A stretch of 64,000 bases of DNA from Phoronis australis (Eukaryota; Animalia; Phoronida). The stretch spans positions 573,337 through 637,336 of the forward strand of contig NMRA01000220.1 of assembly GCA_002633005.1 (NCBI GenBank), read 5' to 3'. A program made the translations under genes and the position numbers. Below the pieces are notes generated by a model, which was not told the DNA's origin, searched no databases, and saw only the letters and a program-made list of their open reading frames with translations. Below, one piece after another: positions 61,790 through 64,000 of this stretch. Positions within the stretch are counted from its first letter, which is position 1, and the number at the start of each line of letters is the position of its first letter.

Positions 61790-62880
61790 TTCCCCTGGGT
61801 TAGTTACAGAATCATGCCTGCCGGTTTCGACAGCTAAATCGTGATTCACAATGAAATCGCATCAAACATTGCGTGAATTTTTATAGGCAAATCCAACAAC
61901 AAGTAATGTTCAAATATGTAGTCCAATTTAAATTGACAAAAGTTTATTTACCTAGAATTATTATCAACGTCGCTTTGCCTGCCCTATATATAACAATCAA
62001 ACAAGCAATAACACGCTGCCATTGCCAATTAAACAATGCATCGTAGGATGCTTTCGTATATCTGCTAGAATGCATATTCAAAAGTTTGAAGCAGTACTGA
62101 ATACATTGAACGTAATATTTAATAAACAAGTGGTAGCGACCACATTCGCTTGACACTGCAGACTTTGAACCCTACACCCAAAACCATTTGACAAAACTTA
62201 ACAAAAACACATTCCATACAGATACTTGTTGATTGACCCCACTCTTCTACACTGTAAGTTAAGGTCGGATGTACTATTTTATCAAATAGGTCAAAGAACA
62301 TAGGCAGATGTAAACTATGGTATTTTTCAAACAGTTTAGATGGGTATTGTTGGTTTGGTACCTTTACATGACACTGTTTTGGTTGCTTTTGTCCAAGTTA
62401 AGTCTGGTGTGACAAACACCCTGAGATACTGGTAACTGATGCGGGACCACCGCAATTATACCGTTTCTAAAATATGATTTTGCATATGATTTGAGTGGTC
62501 CTCCATTACAAAACTCCATAATTTTTGTCTTTTTCAGCTTTACACTCATCCCCCAAGCTTTACAGAAATTAAAAAGACAACTTAGTGCTCTTTGTAGTTC
62601 TATATTCGTTTCAGCAAAAAGTACCATATCATCTGCAAATAAAAGTGAATAAACATCATAAAGATTTTCATTAAGAAAAATGCTTCTTAGTTTTCAAATA
62701 AACTCATTTAAGTACATGGTGGATTTTTAACATAAATCCTCCAGTTGTTTTGACCTCGCACTTGCTCTTCATGTGTCATCAAGAAACATTGTTATTTTAT
62801 AGGTCTTCATACGACACAGATAAATATTTATGCCCATAACTTGTCTCAGAAGTGACGTTGATTGTTGTGATACCAGTAGA
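61790..62880 (-). mobile_element. Decayed LINE reverse transcriptase
   Basis: LLFADDMVLFAETNIELQRAL..FCKAWGMSVKLKKTKIM, LFDKIVHPTLTYSVEEWG, SECGRYHL and LAVETGRH. Further LINE-like decay may continue to ~63720. Confidence 0.88.
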
Positions 62881-62926
62881 CCGTGACCATTTACGCAGGT
62901 CAGTTTGGAAATTAAATTCTGGGTGC

Positions 62927-63180
62927 TCATGCGCGCCCACCTACCCTTTAATATGTGGGGGGGTTCGAATTTCCGATGATGTGGACTTATACCGACAAAA
63001 AAGCTGTAGGACTAAAAAAACGGGATACCACGTCCAAAGCTGTGAATTGTACCTTTGCGCCATTTTAGTGGACATTTTGTCTCGTTTTCTTGGACTTATT
63101 GTTTCTCTGAGTCGGACCTTTTTGTCCACTTCGCCACATGGGGGCTCATTCGAGCCCCCCCCCTGGGTGCACGCACGGTG
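62927..63180. mobile_element. MITE-like insertion next to the LINE
   Basis: Imperfect TIRs catgcgcgcccaccta / tgggtgcacgcacggtg with subterminal gggggttcga / tcgagccccccc. Confidence 0.45.
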
Positions 63181-64000
63181 CTGCATGTGTATCATTGTGC
63201 CAAAAAAATTAAATGCTAAAATATGTTTCTACTAGGTCCCAACAAATATATTCTACTCCAAACAAAACATCTTTAGCACACCCAATCGTCGCTGTGCACT
63301 TAGCTCATCACTAAAGACATCAACTAGAATGATTGGGTCCAGGTAAATACCACTCCGCATCTAATTCATAGCAATTACTTTTATTTACAAAGAGATCAAA
63401 ATAGGCTTATCATACAGCTTTTCAGACTCCAGTTGTACACTCAAGAGGTTGACATGTAATAATTCAGTCTTTATTCTAGCATTTAATATAGATTACAGAT
63501 GTTTGAAATTAACATTCAGAACAACTGTGTCATACTTATTGAATCAGATGCTTTGCTGAATTCAATATAAGCACCGTAAAAAGTCTTCAAATTATTCTTC
63601 ATTGTTGAAAATAAGAATGGATAGTCACTGACTTTTTGCCTATCGTCTGTGTCGCATCTCCTTTGCAATCCATCAAAGGCCTACTGTATCACACATGGTG
63701 CACAAATGAAATAGGTCAAGCTGCCCAAAATGCCACATTCAAGCTTTGAGAATTGCAGCTTCCTGTGCCGGGTGATTTGTGCGTTTTTTCAAAACTTTGA
63801 CAGTTCAAAAGCACAAGGTAAAGGTAAGTTTAAGTTTCAAAATTTGAGTTATGATAAAGATGCAGTAGCATATGCTTGTGCGAATAGAAGTGCTAGATAA
63901 AAATAAAGTGAATTGTAATTATTTGAAGCATTAAAATTTGATGGGTCCCATGTGTCACAGTGGGCTTTGGAGGTCGCAAGTGGCATATATTTATGGCGAT

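Overview
This is eukaryotic (animal) genomic DNA. It is AT-rich and dense in introns and transposons, most likely from a marine invertebrate such as a lophotrochozoan (inferred from gene and repeat types only). One intact host gene dominates. It lies on the minus strand, has at least 23 phase-compatible GT-AG coding exons between 48136 and 7434 (9,913 nt of CDS, about 3,300 aa, N-terminal exon not found), and has a polyA signal at 7391-7396. It encodes an uncharacterised giant, probably secreted protein: an atypical SUEL/rhamnose-binding lectin domain, a Ca-binding EGF plus EGF-like/Cys-rich modules, about 15-18 FN3/Ig-like D-x-T/S-P-P repeats with one internal carbohydrate-binding-module-like insert, and no C-terminal transmembrane segment. 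Introns and flanks hold four copies of a Helentron/HINE-like element whose ~145-bp tandem monomers each carry a CTCF-consensus-like motif. They also hold a Kolobok-type THAP element with TTAA TSD, Harbinger- and hAT-like MITEs, LINE relics, Penelope-type degenerate hammerhead motifs, decayed transposase fragments (HIRAN, RAG1/Transib-like, Ginger-like) and a minisatellite built from a splice acceptor. Exon boundaries were derived by hand and domain calls are motif recognition, not database results.
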